Shown here: positions 1 through 9,914 of the stretch, in pieces
Layout: every line of letters starts with the position of its first letter
Position numbering within the stretch: the stretch's first letter is position 1
Source of the DNA: Ignavibacteriota bacterium
GTDB lineage: Bacteria > Bacteroidota > Ignavibacteria > Palsa-1295
DNA: 64,000 nt
Direction: 5' to 3'
Assembly: GCA_963787835.1 (NCBI GenBank)
Contig: CAWBEI010000005.1
Location: 160,001 to 224,000, forward strand
Position numbers and translations under genes: made by a program
The notes under the pieces: model-generated
Databases searched by the model: none
What the model saw: the letters and a program-made list of their open reading frames with translations, nothing else
What the model was told of the DNA's origin: nothing

Positions 1-121
1 TGACAGGCTGATCGACCTTTCCATCGTGAATGTGATGGAATCTGCGAATGGCCCAGCGAATAACGAAAAACCACACAACGGCAAAAACCGCCATCGCGAT
101 AAGTGTTTGTGTTGAAAACAT
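1..121 (-). CDS. 5' part of a small membrane protein, running off the window start
   Basis: Manual translation from ATG at 121: MFSTQTLIAMAVFAVVWFFVIRWAIRRFHHIHDGKVDQPV...; one hydrophobic segment and no stop before position 1. Confidence 0.4.
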   Translation of the reverse strand, partial: MFSTQTLIAMAVFAVVWFFVIRWAIRRFHHIHDGKVDQPV

Positions 122-199
122 ACCCCTATAATTACCCGGAATGTATCATAAGTGCCCTGCTTTTCAGGGAGCTAATAATAGGTCCCAGAAAGGTATAGA

Positions 200-694
200 T
201 TACCTGTAATTCGTAAACTGGATGGGGAAGTCGAGGCTTTGGGATTTGAGTGTTTGGATGGCGGTTTGGAGATCGTCCTTGCTCTTGCCAGTGATGCGGA
301 CGGCATCGCCCTGGATCTGGGCCTGCACCTTCATTTTTAGGTCCTTTACCAGCTTTGTAATAACCTTCGCCTGTTCGGATTCTAATCCGGTTTTTATTTT
401 GACGTCCTGCCTGAAGCTGGAATTGGCCGCCGGTTCGATTTTCTGATAATCGAGTGACTTCATGGACACGCCTCGCTTGATCATTTTCTGGTTCAGGGTC
501 TCGGTCAGAGCACGGAGTTTCATGTCATCGGCGGTATGGAGCGTGATGGTTTTTTCCTTCAGATTCCAGTCGATCGTGGTATTGGAGCCTTTGAAATCGT
601 ACCGCTGGTCGATCTCTTTACGGGTCTGATTAATGGCATTATCGACCTCCTGGAGATCGACCTCAGAAACAACATCGAAAGAAAATTGTGGCAT
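200..694 (-). CDS. yajQ: YajQ family nucleotide/c-di-GMP-binding protein
   Basis: SFDVVSEVDLQEVDNAINQ...QRYDFKGS...VQAQIQGDAVRITGKSKDDLQ...QFTNYR. Confidence 0.95.
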   Translation of the reverse strand: MPQFSFDVVSEVDLQEVDNAINQTRKEIDQRYDFKGSNTTIDWNLKEKTITLHTADDMKLRALTETLNQKMIKRGVSMKSLDYQKIEPAANSSFRQDVKIKTGLESEQAKVITKLVKDLKMKVQAQIQGDAVRITGKSKDDLQTAIQTLKSQSLDFPIQFTNYR

Positions 695-755
695 AAAAGA
701 ACCTGAACCTGGATTACGCGGATTTTAGGATGATTACGCGGATGGATTTTTTAGT

Positions 756-881
756 GTCATTGCGAGGAGAATCGAACGACCAAAGGGAGTTCGATTCGAC
801 GAAGCAATCTCGGAGTTTGGAGAATGAGATTGCTTCGAAGAGCATTCCGCGCTTCGCTCCGAATGCCTATCTCGCAATGAC
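756..881. repeat. Palindromic intergenic repeat (RPE/REP-like, GTCATTGCGAG...CTCGCAATGAC)
   Basis: Terminal inverted repeats GTCATTGCGAG / CTCGCAATGAC and internal CGAAGCAATCTC / GAGATTGCTTCG, plus inner hairpins. Confidence 0.85.
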
Positions 882-1113
882 GTGACTTGAACATTAATAA
901 TGTATCATGTTACTCCCGGGAACTGCCGATAAGAAGGGCCAGAAATCGATTTGCATGCGAAAATGTGTTACTTTTCGCGGGTTTCGGTGTCTTACTATAA
1001 AGGGGCGGTTTCTTGGATTGTTTAAGGAGGGGGAAGTCCTGGAAATCTGTTGAAACATATTTATCGGAAATTGCGAATACTATAGAGAACAAACTCCAGA
1101 AAGGAGAGATACC

Positions 1114-1642
1114 ATGAAACAGGACAAAGAAAACGATTACGGCGATACCTCGGGCAGCGGATCCCGGTTCGCTTAAAGAGCGGGCTCAGGAATTTCTCCA
1201 GCGTGCCTACCGGCTTCAGATGTCCGGACATTTAACTGAAGCGATCGATAGCTATAAGAAGTCGATCGAAGTACTTCCAACCGCAGAAGCACATACGTTT
1301 CTCGGCTGGGCCTACAGCTTCTTAGGCGATTATGATTCAGCGATCGAAGAGTGCCGGAATGCAATAGAACTGGATCCCGAATTTGGGAATCCCTATAATG
1401 ACATCGGAGCATATATGATCCAACAAGGCGAGCTGGATGAGGCGATCCCGTATCTTGAACTCGCCATGAAAGCAAAACGCTACGCGACACCGCATTTTCC
1501 TCACTACAATTACGGCCGCATTTTGGAACGCAGGGGATTATGGTTCGAGGCGCTCAATGAGTACAAAACCTCACTTGATCTTGAGCCAAATTATTCATTA
1601 GCCAAAGATGCCTTTTTCAGGCTACAGGCACTATTGAATTGA
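1114..1642 (+). CDS. Tetratricopeptide repeat protein (apparent 1-nt frame disruption near the start)
   Basis: TPR motifs (AEAHTFLGWAYSFLG, GNPYNDIGAYM, PHYNYGRILE). The SD AAGGAG + ATG at 1114 is out of frame with the TPR frame, which is open from 1118 to the ORF called at 1220. Confidence 0.85.
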
Positions 1643-1673
1643 TGTAAGAATAAGAGAATGATGTGAAAATGAA

Positions 1674-1700
1674 AGAGCCTCGCGAATTTCGCGAGGCTCT
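1674..1700. terminator. Putative bidirectional terminator between convergent genes
   Basis: Perfect inverted repeat AGAGCCTCGCGAA-T-TTCGCGAGGCTCT, flanked by A- and T-rich stretches. Confidence 0.7.
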
Positions 1701-1758
1701 GACATTTTTAAGAATATCGTGGAACTTCCGCTCCAAAAATGGAGCAGATCCGGATAGA

Positions 1759-1854
1759 CTAACGAACGCGCTTCTTATGACGATTCTTACGCAGACGTTT
1801 CTTCCGTTTGTGGGTGGCCATTTTATGGCGCTTACGCTTCTTTCCGCTTGGCAT
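1759..1854 (-). CDS. Small basic ribosomal protein bS22 / AURKAIP1-COX24 (mS38)-like, 31 aa, absent from the ORF track
   Basis: Manual translation MPSGKKRKRHKMATHKRKKRLRKNRHKKRVR*; matches the Bacteroidota bS22 pattern MPSGKKRKRHK.ATHKRKKR. Confidence 0.9.
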   Translation of the reverse strand: MPSGKKRKRHKMATHKRKKRLRKNRHKKRVR

Positions 1855-1861
1855 GTAAAGA

Positions 1862-1891
1862 AATTATGAAGTATGAATTATGAAGTATGAA
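1862..1891. repeat. Short tandem heptamer repeat (TATGAAG/TATGAAT)
   Basis: aattatgaagtatgaattatgaagtatgaa. Confidence 0.75.
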
Positions 1892-1940
1892 AATTGCGAG
1901 GCTCAAAACAGCATCCTGGCAAGAGAGTTTCACGAAATTA

Positions 1941-1978
1941 CTCCCCTCTCCCAGCAGGGAGAGGGTTTGGGGGTGAGG
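1941..1978. repeat. Palindromic intergenic repeat CCCCTCTCCC...GGGAGAGGG...GGGGTGAGG
   Basis: ctcccctctcccagcagggagagggtttgggggtgagg; hairpin of a widespread REP-like family. Confidence 0.65.
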
Positions 1979-1983
1979 CAGTA

Positions 1984-2838
1984 CTAATTTTGCCGCATTT
2001 TGATACCAGTGTTGTCTATCGCCTGGAGCAGTGTATCAATGCGGCGGGCGATCTCTGGCCTGGTCTTTTCAGCAACAGCCTTCGCCCGTTCGAAATACCC
2101 TTTGGCACGAGCCAGTGCAACAGCATGATTGGAATCGGATACGGTTTGAGCCGTCATGATCCCCGCATTGATAAGGGCATTAAGATGGTCAGGGTGAAAC
2201 AGAAGGGCCGAATCTATCTCAGCAATGGCTGCATTGAGATCGCCATTATCCTGAGCTATGGCATAGGAATAATCAACACGGGCATCGGCATCGTCGGGTT
2301 TGGCGGCAAGGTAGGTCACGAACTCCTTTTTGCTATTGGTCCAATCTCCGGCATCGTAAAACGCATCAGCCAGCGAGAGATGGTTATCCATATTTGCCGG
2401 GTTTTGCACGATCAGCATCTGAAGAGAATCGATGATGTGTTGAAAGAATAATTTCTTTTGAAGAATGGTCGTGCTATCGACATCTGGGCCTCCGGCAGCA
2501 TATTTGTCGGGTTTCGAAGCAATCCGAAAGACGCCGTACGCGATCACAATTATGGCGAGGACCAATATGGCAATAGTCTGAAGTGGAACAGACTTTTTTT
2601 CCGGCGGCTCGTTCCTTAACCGATTGAGAAGGATATCTTCAGTGGATTTCCTGCGACTGGAGGTATCAGATAGTAGGTTGACACCTTCGGCAATCGAGCT
2701 CTCGGGAGTTTTTTCAGGTTCAAACTTGAATTCAGTCCCGCAAACGGGGCATTGAAAAATGGTACCTGGTGCTGCGGATTTGGCCAAACTTGCTGCACAA
2801 CTGGGGCAGTATATCGGAGTTGTTGGGGTTTCGTTCAA
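1984..2838 (-). CDS. Zinc-ribbon + transmembrane + TPR protein
   Basis: CPSC...CPVC, TM helix IAILVLAIIVIAYGVF, TPR-like repeats; probable TTG start at 2838 (the ORF-track start overlaps HU). Confidence 0.75.
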   Translation of the reverse strand: MNETPTTPIYCPSCAASLAKSAAPGTIFQCPVCGTEFKFEPEKTPESSIAEGVNLLSDTSSRRKSTEDILLNRLRNEPPEKKSVPLQTIAILVLAIIVIAYGVFRIASKPDKYAAGGPDVDSTTILQKKLFFQHIIDSLQMLIVQNPANMDNHLSLADAFYDAGDWTNSKKEFVTYLAAKPDDADARVDYSYAIAQDNGDLNAAIAEIDSALLFHPDHLNALINAGIMTAQTVSDSNHAVALARAKGYFERAKAVAEKTRPEIARRIDTLLQAIDNTGIKMRQN

Positions 2839-2875
2839 CAGAGAAAATCTAAAAATGGTATGAGAAGAGGGAGTG

Positions 2876-3175
2876 TTATTCGCTCGCGTGCTTCTTCTGG
2901 CGCTCGTCGATGATCTGCCGCAGTTCACGAGATGCCTTGAACGTTGGAACAAAGTGTTCCCCTAATGGCACGGCTTCGCCCGTTCTCGGATTGCGTGCCA
3001 TGCGCGGCAGGCGCTTTTTAGTACGGAATGTACCAAAGCCGCGGATCTCGATATGATCTCCGTTGGCGAGCGCATCTGTCATCGTCTTGAAAAAGCCATC
3101 GACAAGGATCTCTGTTTCAAGTTTCGTGATTCCTGTGGCAGTTGCAATGCGGGTTACGATGTCGGCTTTAGTCAT
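2876..3175 (-). CDS. hup: HU/IHF family DNA-binding protein
   Basis: MTKADIV...IEIRGFGTF...RMARNPRTGE...VPTFKAS. Confidence 0.95.
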   Translation of the reverse strand: MTKADIVTRIATATGITKLETEILVDGFFKTMTDALANGDHIEIRGFGTFRTKKRLPRMARNPRTGEAVPLGEHFVPTFKASRELRQIIDERQKKHASE

Positions 3176-4362
3176 AAACGACGTGAAAGATTATGGGGTG
3201 CTTGGGTGGCCTGTTGAACATCTTCGAGGAGCGAGAGCGTTCGCGTAATAGCGGCCTCCCAGGTGAATGCTTTCACACGCTCGGCGCCGCGTTGAACCAG
3301 TTCACGGGCAAGTTCAGGATTTGAAAGCAGTTTAAGAATAACTTCTGTCATGTTCGCCACATCGAGTGGGTCAAAATAGAGAGCAGCATTATCCGCAATT
3401 TCTGGAAAAGAATGCACGTTCGATACGGCAACCGGAATGCCGCTTGCCCATGATTCGAAGATCGGGTTTCCAAAGCTCTCATAGCTCGATGGGAATACGA
3501 ACATTCGGGCATTCGCGTATAAGTACCGTAACTCCGTTTGGAGTAATGATCCGGTGAAGACGACCAGATTCTCGGTTCCCAATGTTTTAGGAAGAGAATA
3601 GATCTCTTCAAGATATTTCTTATCTGTTCCGGTGCCTTTGCCGGCTATTACAAGCTTTAATTCTGGAAAACCTTGTTTAACAATTTCGGCATGCGCTCGG
3701 ATGAGTTGATCTTGGCGTTTATACCGCCAAAGGGCGGAAACATAGAGAAGATATTGTCCGGGAGTGAGATCGTATCTTTTTAGGATATCTTCTCCTTCGG
3801 CGGCCTTCCTATTACTATTACCCTCGAAAAGGGCAAGATCGACCCCATGGGGAATCACGGTGATCTTTTCTGATGCTATGCCAGTAAAACGTACAATATC
3901 GCGCTTTATGTCCTCGCTGGGTGCGATAATGGCTTTGGCTTTTTTCGCGGATGGCGGCAAGAGCAGAGAACGAACAATTCGACGAATACCCGAAACACCA
4001 TAATTCCCATACGCGTGAGCCATGGAGCGAATATTTACAACGGCGGGCACTTTTGAAAATAGCGATACAAAATTGCCGGGATAGTACATGACATCTATCG
4101 GCTGTTGGGAAATGTATTTTGGTAACATCCATTGTTCTCCAAGGACTTTTTGTAAAGGAGTTCGTTTAGAGTTTGGAATGGTTACAATACGCACAAGGTC
4201 GCTTTTTTCGATGTTGAGTCCATCTGCTTCCTCTTCGCTAATAAATAAGACAAAAGAATGAGCGGGTCGAAATTGTTCGATTCCCCGAAGAAAGTGGACG
4301 ATATAGTTTTTCCCTCCCGTATCCTCGGAAAGTCTGCCGATCGCTGCAATACCGATCTTCAT
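3172..4362 (-). CDS. Glycosyltransferase family 4 (GT-B)
   Basis: YLLYVSALWRYKRQ...FVFPSSYESFGNPIFESWASGIPVAVS; ATG at 4362 overlaps the asnB stop (ATGA). Confidence 0.9.
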   Translation of the reverse strand: MKIGIAAIGRLSEDTGGKNYIVHFLRGIEQFRPAHSFVLFISEEEADGLNIEKSDLVRIVTIPNSKRTPLQKVLGEQWMLPKYISQQPIDVMYYPGNFVSLFSKVPAVVNIRSMAHAYGNYGVSGIRRIVRSLLLPPSAKKAKAIIAPSEDIKRDIVRFTGIASEKITVIPHGVDLALFEGNSNRKAAEGEDILKRYDLTPGQYLLYVSALWRYKRQDQLIRAHAEIVKQGFPELKLVIAGKGTGTDKKYLEEIYSLPKTLGTENLVVFTGSLLQTELRYLYANARMFVFPSSYESFGNPIFESWASGIPVAVSNVHSFPEIADNAALYFDPLDVANMTEVILKLLSNPELARELVQRGAERVKAFTWEAAITRTLSLLEDVQQATQAPHNLSRRL

Positions 4363-6218
4363 TTGGATGCAGAAGAATTGCCCGATGAGAGAGTTTCCAT
4401 CGAGCGATACCAATATTCGAGAGCGATGATGCTCCAGGGTTTCAAATAATGGGATCTTCCTTGAATGAAAGTGTCATAAATTTTAGTAATAGCATTCTCC
4501 CGAAGCACGCCGTGCTCGACAATCCTGAGTTTGCCAGAATTAAGTTCATCAAGATAAGGCCGAAGCATACCATTCATTAACCAATCACTCATAGGCAGTT
4601 CAAAGCCTGTTTTCTGTTTTTGCAATAACGCGTTGGGTAGAACATCGCTAACGGCATCGGAGAGCAACTGTTTGGTATTACCCTTGATTTTTATCGATCG
4701 CGGGAGTTGCCACGTAAATTCAAGAAGTTCTTTGTCTAATAGCGGGGCGCGTGCCTCAAGGCTCTGAGACATGCTCATGCTATCTAAATCACGTAATAGC
4801 ATGTCCGGGAGATAATGCTCGATGTCAGAACGGAGCAAGGTGTAAAGCAAATCACCATCTATCTTCTCTGGGTCATTCTGTGCTAACTCCGAACCGGTTA
4901 TGGTCATGATCTCAGCATTACTGAACAGGTTTCTTGAATGTTCAGGCATAAACGCAGATCTCAAAGCAGAGCGAAGGCGACTGTGACTGCCCGCAAGCAG
5001 AGATTCCGAAAATGACATCCTCAATCGTTTGGGCAGTGCCCAAAATACTTGAAAGACCCGAATATTTTGTGCAAGCCAGCGAAATTTCTTATATCCCAGG
5101 AATGCCTCGTCACCGCCAACACCACTTAACACTACTTTCAAATGTGGGCTTGCTCTTCGTGTCGCGACCGAAACGAGGAAGCTGTTCAATCCGTCACCAG
5201 TAGGGGAGTCCATCGCATGGAAAAAATCTGGCAATAAGTCGGCGATCTCTGAATCTGAGACGTTCCATTCATGGTGCAGGGTTCCGTATTTGTCAGCTCC
5301 GATCCTTGCCCAATGGGTTTCATCTTCGACATGACTTTTTACAGAAAAGCCAATCGAGAATGTTTCGATCGGTGTACTAACGTTCCGCATCGCAAGCCCG
5401 ACAATAGCGTTGGAATCAAGACCGCCTGATAGAAAAGCTCCAACCGGTACATCACTCACCAAACGATCGCGAACGGAGCGTTCGAGAATCCTGCGTGTTT
5501 CTTTGTAGGCATCTTCGTAGCCAATGTTGATGGGATGGTGCTCGGGTAAGCGGTACCATTTCTGAACAACGGGCTGGTCCTTGAAGGGAAGATGAAGTAT
5601 GCTTCCCGGTGGCAAGATGTCAATTCCTCTCAGGATCGATTGCGGGTGAGGCACACAATAAAATCGAAGGTAACTCGCGAGTGCTTCGGAGGACAGCTTG
5701 AGATCTACAAAATCGCACCTGAAAATTGCTCGAATTTCCGAGGCGAACATGATCCTCCCTTTGACTATTGCATAATACAGAGGTTTTTTGCCAATTGCAT
5801 CTCGAGCAAGTATAAGATCTCTCTTTTCATCGTTCCACCACGCAAAAGAAAAGAAGCCTCTCAGTTTGGGAAGGATCTCTATCCCTATCGTTTCCAGAAG
5901 CGTGAGTAGAACCGCTGTATCCGAAGGCGGTACATTCAGCTTATATTCGGAAATAAGTTCTTTGAAATTATAGATCTCGCCATTGAAGACCAACGCGCTG
6001 CCGTGTGGCCCGATCATGGGCTGATGTGCCTCCGGTGTTGGATCAATGATGGAAAGCCGGCGATGAGCGAGGGCGGCCATTTGGGAGCCGGAATGATAGA
6101 AACCCGCGTCGTCCGGCCCACGATGGTGCATCGATTCATTTGCCCATCGGAGCGAGCGAAGATCACTTTCCGAAAGGGGAGAACCGTCTAATGAAATGAG
6201 GCCTGCAATTCCGCACAC
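4359..6218 (-). CDS. asnB: Asparagine synthase (glutamine-hydrolysing)-like amidotransferase, probably glycan-modifying
   Basis: MCGIAG...HRGPDDAG...HRRLSIID...FNGEIYNF...FLSGGLDS...LSGVGGDEAF. Confidence 0.93.
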   Translation of the reverse strand: MCGIAGLISLDGSPLSESDLRSLRWANESMHHRGPDDAGFYHSGSQMAALAHRRLSIIDPTPEAHQPMIGPHGSALVFNGEIYNFKELISEYKLNVPPSDTAVLLTLLETIGIEILPKLRGFFSFAWWNDEKRDLILARDAIGKKPLYYAIVKGRIMFASEIRAIFRCDFVDLKLSSEALASYLRFYCVPHPQSILRGIDILPPGSILHLPFKDQPVVQKWYRLPEHHPINIGYEDAYKETRRILERSVRDRLVSDVPVGAFLSGGLDSNAIVGLAMRNVSTPIETFSIGFSVKSHVEDETHWARIGADKYGTLHHEWNVSDSEIADLLPDFFHAMDSPTGDGLNSFLVSVATRRASPHLKVVLSGVGGDEAFLGYKKFRWLAQNIRVFQVFWALPKRLRMSFSESLLAGSHSRLRSALRSAFMPEHSRNLFSNAEIMTITGSELAQNDPEKIDGDLLYTLLRSDIEHYLPDMLLRDLDSMSMSQSLEARAPLLDKELLEFTWQLPRSIKIKGNTKQLLSDAVSDVLPNALLQKQKTGFELPMSDWLMNGMLRPYLDELNSGKLRIVEHGVLRENAITKIYDTFIQGRSHYLKPWSIIALEYWYRSMETLSSGNSSASK

Positions 6219-6223
6219 GTGAA

Positions 6224-7795
6224 TTATTCGAGGGCGAGGGTCTCGTTTATTTCTGAAATCACATCATCCCAAACTCCGGGATGTTTTTGAGTAAAGATAG
6301 ACATGCTTGGATACCAGGCAGTTTGCTCGCTGCCGATCATCCATCGCCAGTCCGGAGTATGAAATACCATCAGCCACACACGTTTCCCAAGTGCTCCCGC
6401 AACATGAGCGATGGCAGTGTCCACCGTGATGACGATGTCCAGGTTGGAAATGATGGCAGCCGTAACAGCGAAATCACGAAGAGAATCACAAAGATCGATG
6501 GTGTTCGGGAGCACTATCTTATTACCTTGTTGGAGACTAAAAAATTGAAATCGTTTTTTATTTGCCTCAACGATGGGGGATATCGTTTCCCATGACATCG
6601 AGCGGGTGTGGTCGGTTGGGTGCGCAGGATTTCCAGACCATACAATCCCGATCCTCTTTTTTTTACGATTTTCTGGAAGAGTAATGGATTTCAATTTTCT
6701 CCGCCAATCATCTAATTCGTTTCCACGCGGCCGAATGTAGGGCTTGAACGCTCGAAGGGTTTCGTACCGAACCTTTAACAGGCCGGGAAGGCTCATGAGT
6801 GGAACATGCAGATCGAAATCGGAATGTTTAGAACCACTATGGACCACACGAACATTAGGCAAACTGATGGATGCCACTAATAGCCGGTAGAGGTCAGGCT
6901 GAACTTCAACGATCAGTTCACAATCTTGTTTAGCAAGATCGTAAATAAGCCGAATAAATTGCAAGGTATCGCCGAGCCCTTGATCCGGCCAAACCAAAAG
7001 GGTCTCACCATGTAACGGTTCACCTTTCCAAAGCATTTGATTCGGATATTTTCTAATGGGTGGACAACCTGCGGTTTTCCAACGCCACTCGTACTCCTGA
7101 AAACCTTGCTCCAACTTTCCCTGTAATAGTAAGAGGGTAGCAAGCGAATAATGAATTCCAGGATTATCTGGATCGAGTTCTAGTCCGTGGCGATAGGCGG
7201 CCTCGGACTCCTCAAATCGGTGCGCAAAATAAAGCGAGGATGCTTTGTTTAGAAGAGCATCGATATACTCCGGTGCTAATTCGATAGCTCGATCATACGC
7301 AGCACATGCCTCATCATAACGATAGAGCGCGTCGAGGGCTAACCCAAGATTATTCAGTGTTGGAGCCGAGTAGGGATCAAGTTCCACTGCTCGGCGTATG
7401 GACTGCTCGGCTTCTGGAAATTTCTTCTGAAGCAGGAACATCCTGCCTAAATTGTAATAGGCTTCCCAATTATCAGAGCGAATAGCTATTGCGCGCTCGA
7501 ATGATTGATGCGCCTGATCGTATTGATGAAGTTCGGCGAGCGCCAGCGCTCGATTGTTCCAGAGTTCCACAAGGCCGCCGTTGATAGCAAGGGCTTTATC
7601 GGTCCAGGCGAGCGCCTGGCCAGGATCGCCTTGCTGAAGTGCGAGCACCGAAAGCCTATGGTACGGTGCGATTTCTTGTGGCCACGAGGCAATAATACTG
7701 GAATAGTAATGCAGCGCTCGATCCATAGCGCCTTTGCGCTCGTTCGAAAGGCCCAGATTGAAAAGTTGTTGTGCTGTCAGCATCCAAAAGTTCAA
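6224..7795 (-). CDS. TPR-containing glycosyltransferase (GT9-like C-terminal domain)
   Basis: N-terminal TPRs; EYEWRW...DQGLGDTLQF...PLMSLP...IGIVWSGNP...DIVITVDTAIAHVAGALG...DWRW. Confidence 0.9.
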   Translation of the reverse strand: MNFWMLTAQQLFNLGLSNERKGAMDRALHYYSSIIASWPQEIAPYHRLSVLALQQGDPGQALAWTDKALAINGGLVELWNNRALALAELHQYDQAHQSFERAIAIRSDNWEAYYNLGRMFLLQKKFPEAEQSIRRAVELDPYSAPTLNNLGLALDALYRYDEACAAYDRAIELAPEYIDALLNKASSLYFAHRFEESEAAYRHGLELDPDNPGIHYSLATLLLLQGKLEQGFQEYEWRWKTAGCPPIRKYPNQMLWKGEPLHGETLLVWPDQGLGDTLQFIRLIYDLAKQDCELIVEVQPDLYRLLVASISLPNVRVVHSGSKHSDFDLHVPLMSLPGLLKVRYETLRAFKPYIRPRGNELDDWRRKLKSITLPENRKKKRIGIVWSGNPAHPTDHTRSMSWETISPIVEANKKRFQFFSLQQGNKIVLPNTIDLCDSLRDFAVTAAIISNLDIVITVDTAIAHVAGALGKRVWLMVFHTPDWRWMIGSEQTAWYPSMSIFTQKHPGVWDDVISEINETLALE

Positions 7796-7832
7796 GCAAA
7801 CTTATATTCTTCTATTTGACAATGAGAACGCT

Positions 7833-7868
7833 GAAAAAATTTCATAGTATTTGGAAAAAATTTCATAG
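7833..7868. promoter_or_regulatory. Tandem direct repeat GAAAAAATTTCATAG x2 (21-bp period), putative regulator site
   Basis: Identical 15-mers at 7833-7847 and 7854-7868, between the divergent TPR-GT and hsp20 genes. Confidence 0.55.
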
Positions 7869-8023
7869 CTGGCATAAAAATCTGTCAAAATTGGCAAGGT
7901 TTTTTCTCTAAATGCGTAGCATAATGATTGGCACAGAATTGCATAAGTTGAGAACAGAATTGACCCTCACAATTCTAATATAGTTAACAAGAAGGGAAAT
8001 AATCATTTTTGAAAGGAAACAAT

Positions 8024-8560
8024 ATGTCACTAATAAAATGGGAAAATCCACTCAACGGACTCGATTTCGCTCATCGCAACATGCGTAAGCTGTTCGAAGA
8101 ATTCGACCGCAACTTCTTTAACTTTCCTCAACTGACCACGCAAAGTGCATTCCTGCCTACCGTGGACATCAATGAGGACAAAGATAATTTCTACATTATC
8201 GCTGAACTTCCGGGCCTTGTCGCGAGCGATGTGAAGCTTTCGATCAGCGAAGGAGTTGTCACCATTCGCGGCGAGAAAAAGCGTGAAAGTGAACATCAGG
8301 ACCGCAGTTTCTATCGCATGGAACGGTCCTATGGAGAATTCGTGCGACAGTTCTCGCTTCCTGAAGGAGTGAAAGATGAGGACATCCAGGCTAACTTTGA
8401 CAATGGCGTCTTGGAGATCAAGGTTCCGAAACTGGAGCCATCAAAACTGAAGGAGCGCGAGATCCCGATCAAGATGGGGAATGAGCTCTTTATAGGCAAC
8501 GGTCACACCAAGATCACGAATGGCTACGAAAAGCGCGCCATGGCCGCGAGCCTGAACTAA
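8024..8560 (+). CDS. Hsp20/alpha-crystallin small heat-shock protein
   Basis: PTVDINED...AELPGL...RMERSYGEFVRQFSLP...IQANFDNGVLEIKVPK; SD GAAAGGA before ATG 8024. Confidence 0.95.
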   Translation: MSLIKWENPLNGLDFAHRNMRKLFEEFDRNFFNFPQLTTQSAFLPTVDINEDKDNFYIIAELPGLVASDVKLSISEGVVTIRGEKKRESEHQDRSFYRMERSYGEFVRQFSLPEGVKDEDIQANFDNGVLEIKVPKLEPSKLKEREIPIKMGNELFIGNGHTKITNGYEKRAMAASLN

Positions 8561-8575
8561 TACGATTAACATTAG

Positions 8576-8604
8576 AAAGCCGGGGAGGTTACTTCCCGGC
8601 TTTT
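8576..8604. terminator. Bidirectional intrinsic terminator between hsp20 and hemA
   Basis: aaagccgggg-aggttact-tcccggctttt. Confidence 0.75.
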
Positions 8605-8616
8605 GAGTTTTTAAAT

Positions 8617-9909
8617 CTACCTCTTATCCAACCCGAATACTTTTCGTATCATTTCTACCCGGGCGAGCGAATCCGTTGCGTCATCGCCAGAATCTTTGAG
8701 TGAAACTATGGGTTCGTGAAGCAACCGGTTTATCATCCGCCGTGACATTTCGTCGATGGTAGCAAAGGCGCGATCATCGAGTTTCCCGCGATTGCGATCG
8801 AGTTCATCTGTCCTCACAGCCTCGAATTTTTCACGAAGTGCTTTGATCGTTGGTCCGGCTTCAAGGAGTGAAATGGTTCCAATAAAGCGATCGAGCTCTT
8901 CTTCGATAATGGTTTCCGCTTTTGGGATCTCTAATCGCCTTCGCTCGGCATTCCGATCAACGATCGTTTTAAGGTCGTCGATGTCTTTCAAAAACACATT
9001 GGAAAGAGAGGCAATTGCCGGGTCGATGTCCCGTGGTACGGCAATATCGATCATGACCACCGGCGAGGATGATTGCCGCCGGTGCATTGCTGCGACCATC
9101 ATTGGCTCGGTCAGAACATAATCGGGTGCTGAGGTCGCACAGATGATAATGTCCGATTTGGGTAGCACTTCTTCAAGTTCGCCAAGGGAAACTACATCGA
9201 ACGTTCCATGAGAAGATTCCGGTTGAATCTTTGCAAGCATTGCGAGCGCCCGTTCATGATTGCGATTTGCAATCGTGATGCGGCCGGCATTCCGTTCAAT
9301 GAAGTGCTTCGCCGCAAGCTCGCCAGTTTCTCCGGCACCGATGATCAGAATGTGACGCGATCTCAGGTCATCGTAAATTTTGCGAGCGAATTCAACGGCT
9401 GCGAAGGAAATCGTAGCAGCACCCTCGTTAAGGGTTGTTTCTGTGATGACCCGTTTGGCGACATGGTTCGCTGCCTGAGAAAGCTTACTGAAAAAACTGC
9501 TGTTTGAACGCATCTCCTCACTGAGGCGAAACGCATCCTTGACCTGCGCAAAGATCTGTTGATCCCCGATAATTTGCGAATCGATGCCGGCGATCACTGC
9601 GAACAAATGCCGGATCGCATCGCGGTCATGCATCGTCTCGAAGAGATGGGATACCTGTTGACGTTCATGGTTCGGTAGTTTTTTCGCGTCGAATATCGAA
9701 TGAAGAAGAGTGTCAGGTTCAACTCCCGCTTCCTCAGGCCGCCGAATATAAAACTCTGTTCGATTGCATGTCGAAAGGATCAATGAATCGGCGTCAGAAA
9801 AATTTTGAAGCAGGAGGCGGGCTTCCTCTTCGGAAAGCTGCAATCGTTCACGCACTTCTACCGGAGCGCGTCGATGCGATAAGCTGACAACAATGAAATG
9901 TTCCGGCAC
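8617..9909 (-). CDS. hemA: Glutamyl-tRNA reductase
   Basis: HRRAPVEVRE...LSTCNRTEFY...GIDSQIIGDQQIFAQVK...IGAGETG...DIAVPRDID. Confidence 0.95.
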   Translation of the reverse strand: MPEHFIVVSLSHRRAPVEVRERLQLSEEEARLLLQNFSDADSLILSTCNRTEFYIRRPEEAGVEPDTLLHSIFDAKKLPNHERQQVSHLFETMHDRDAIRHLFAVIAGIDSQIIGDQQIFAQVKDAFRLSEEMRSNSSFFSKLSQAANHVAKRVITETTLNEGAATISFAAVEFARKIYDDLRSRHILIIGAGETGELAAKHFIERNAGRITIANRNHERALAMLAKIQPESSHGTFDVVSLGELEEVLPKSDIIICATSAPDYVLTEPMMVAAMHRRQSSSPVVMIDIAVPRDIDPAIASLSNVFLKDIDDLKTIVDRNAERRRLEIPKAETIIEEELDRFIGTISLLEAGPTIKALREKFEAVRTDELDRNRGKLDDRAFATIDEMSRRMINRLLHEPIVSLKDSGDDATDSLARVEMIRKVFGLDKR

Positions 9910-9914
9910 TTAGG

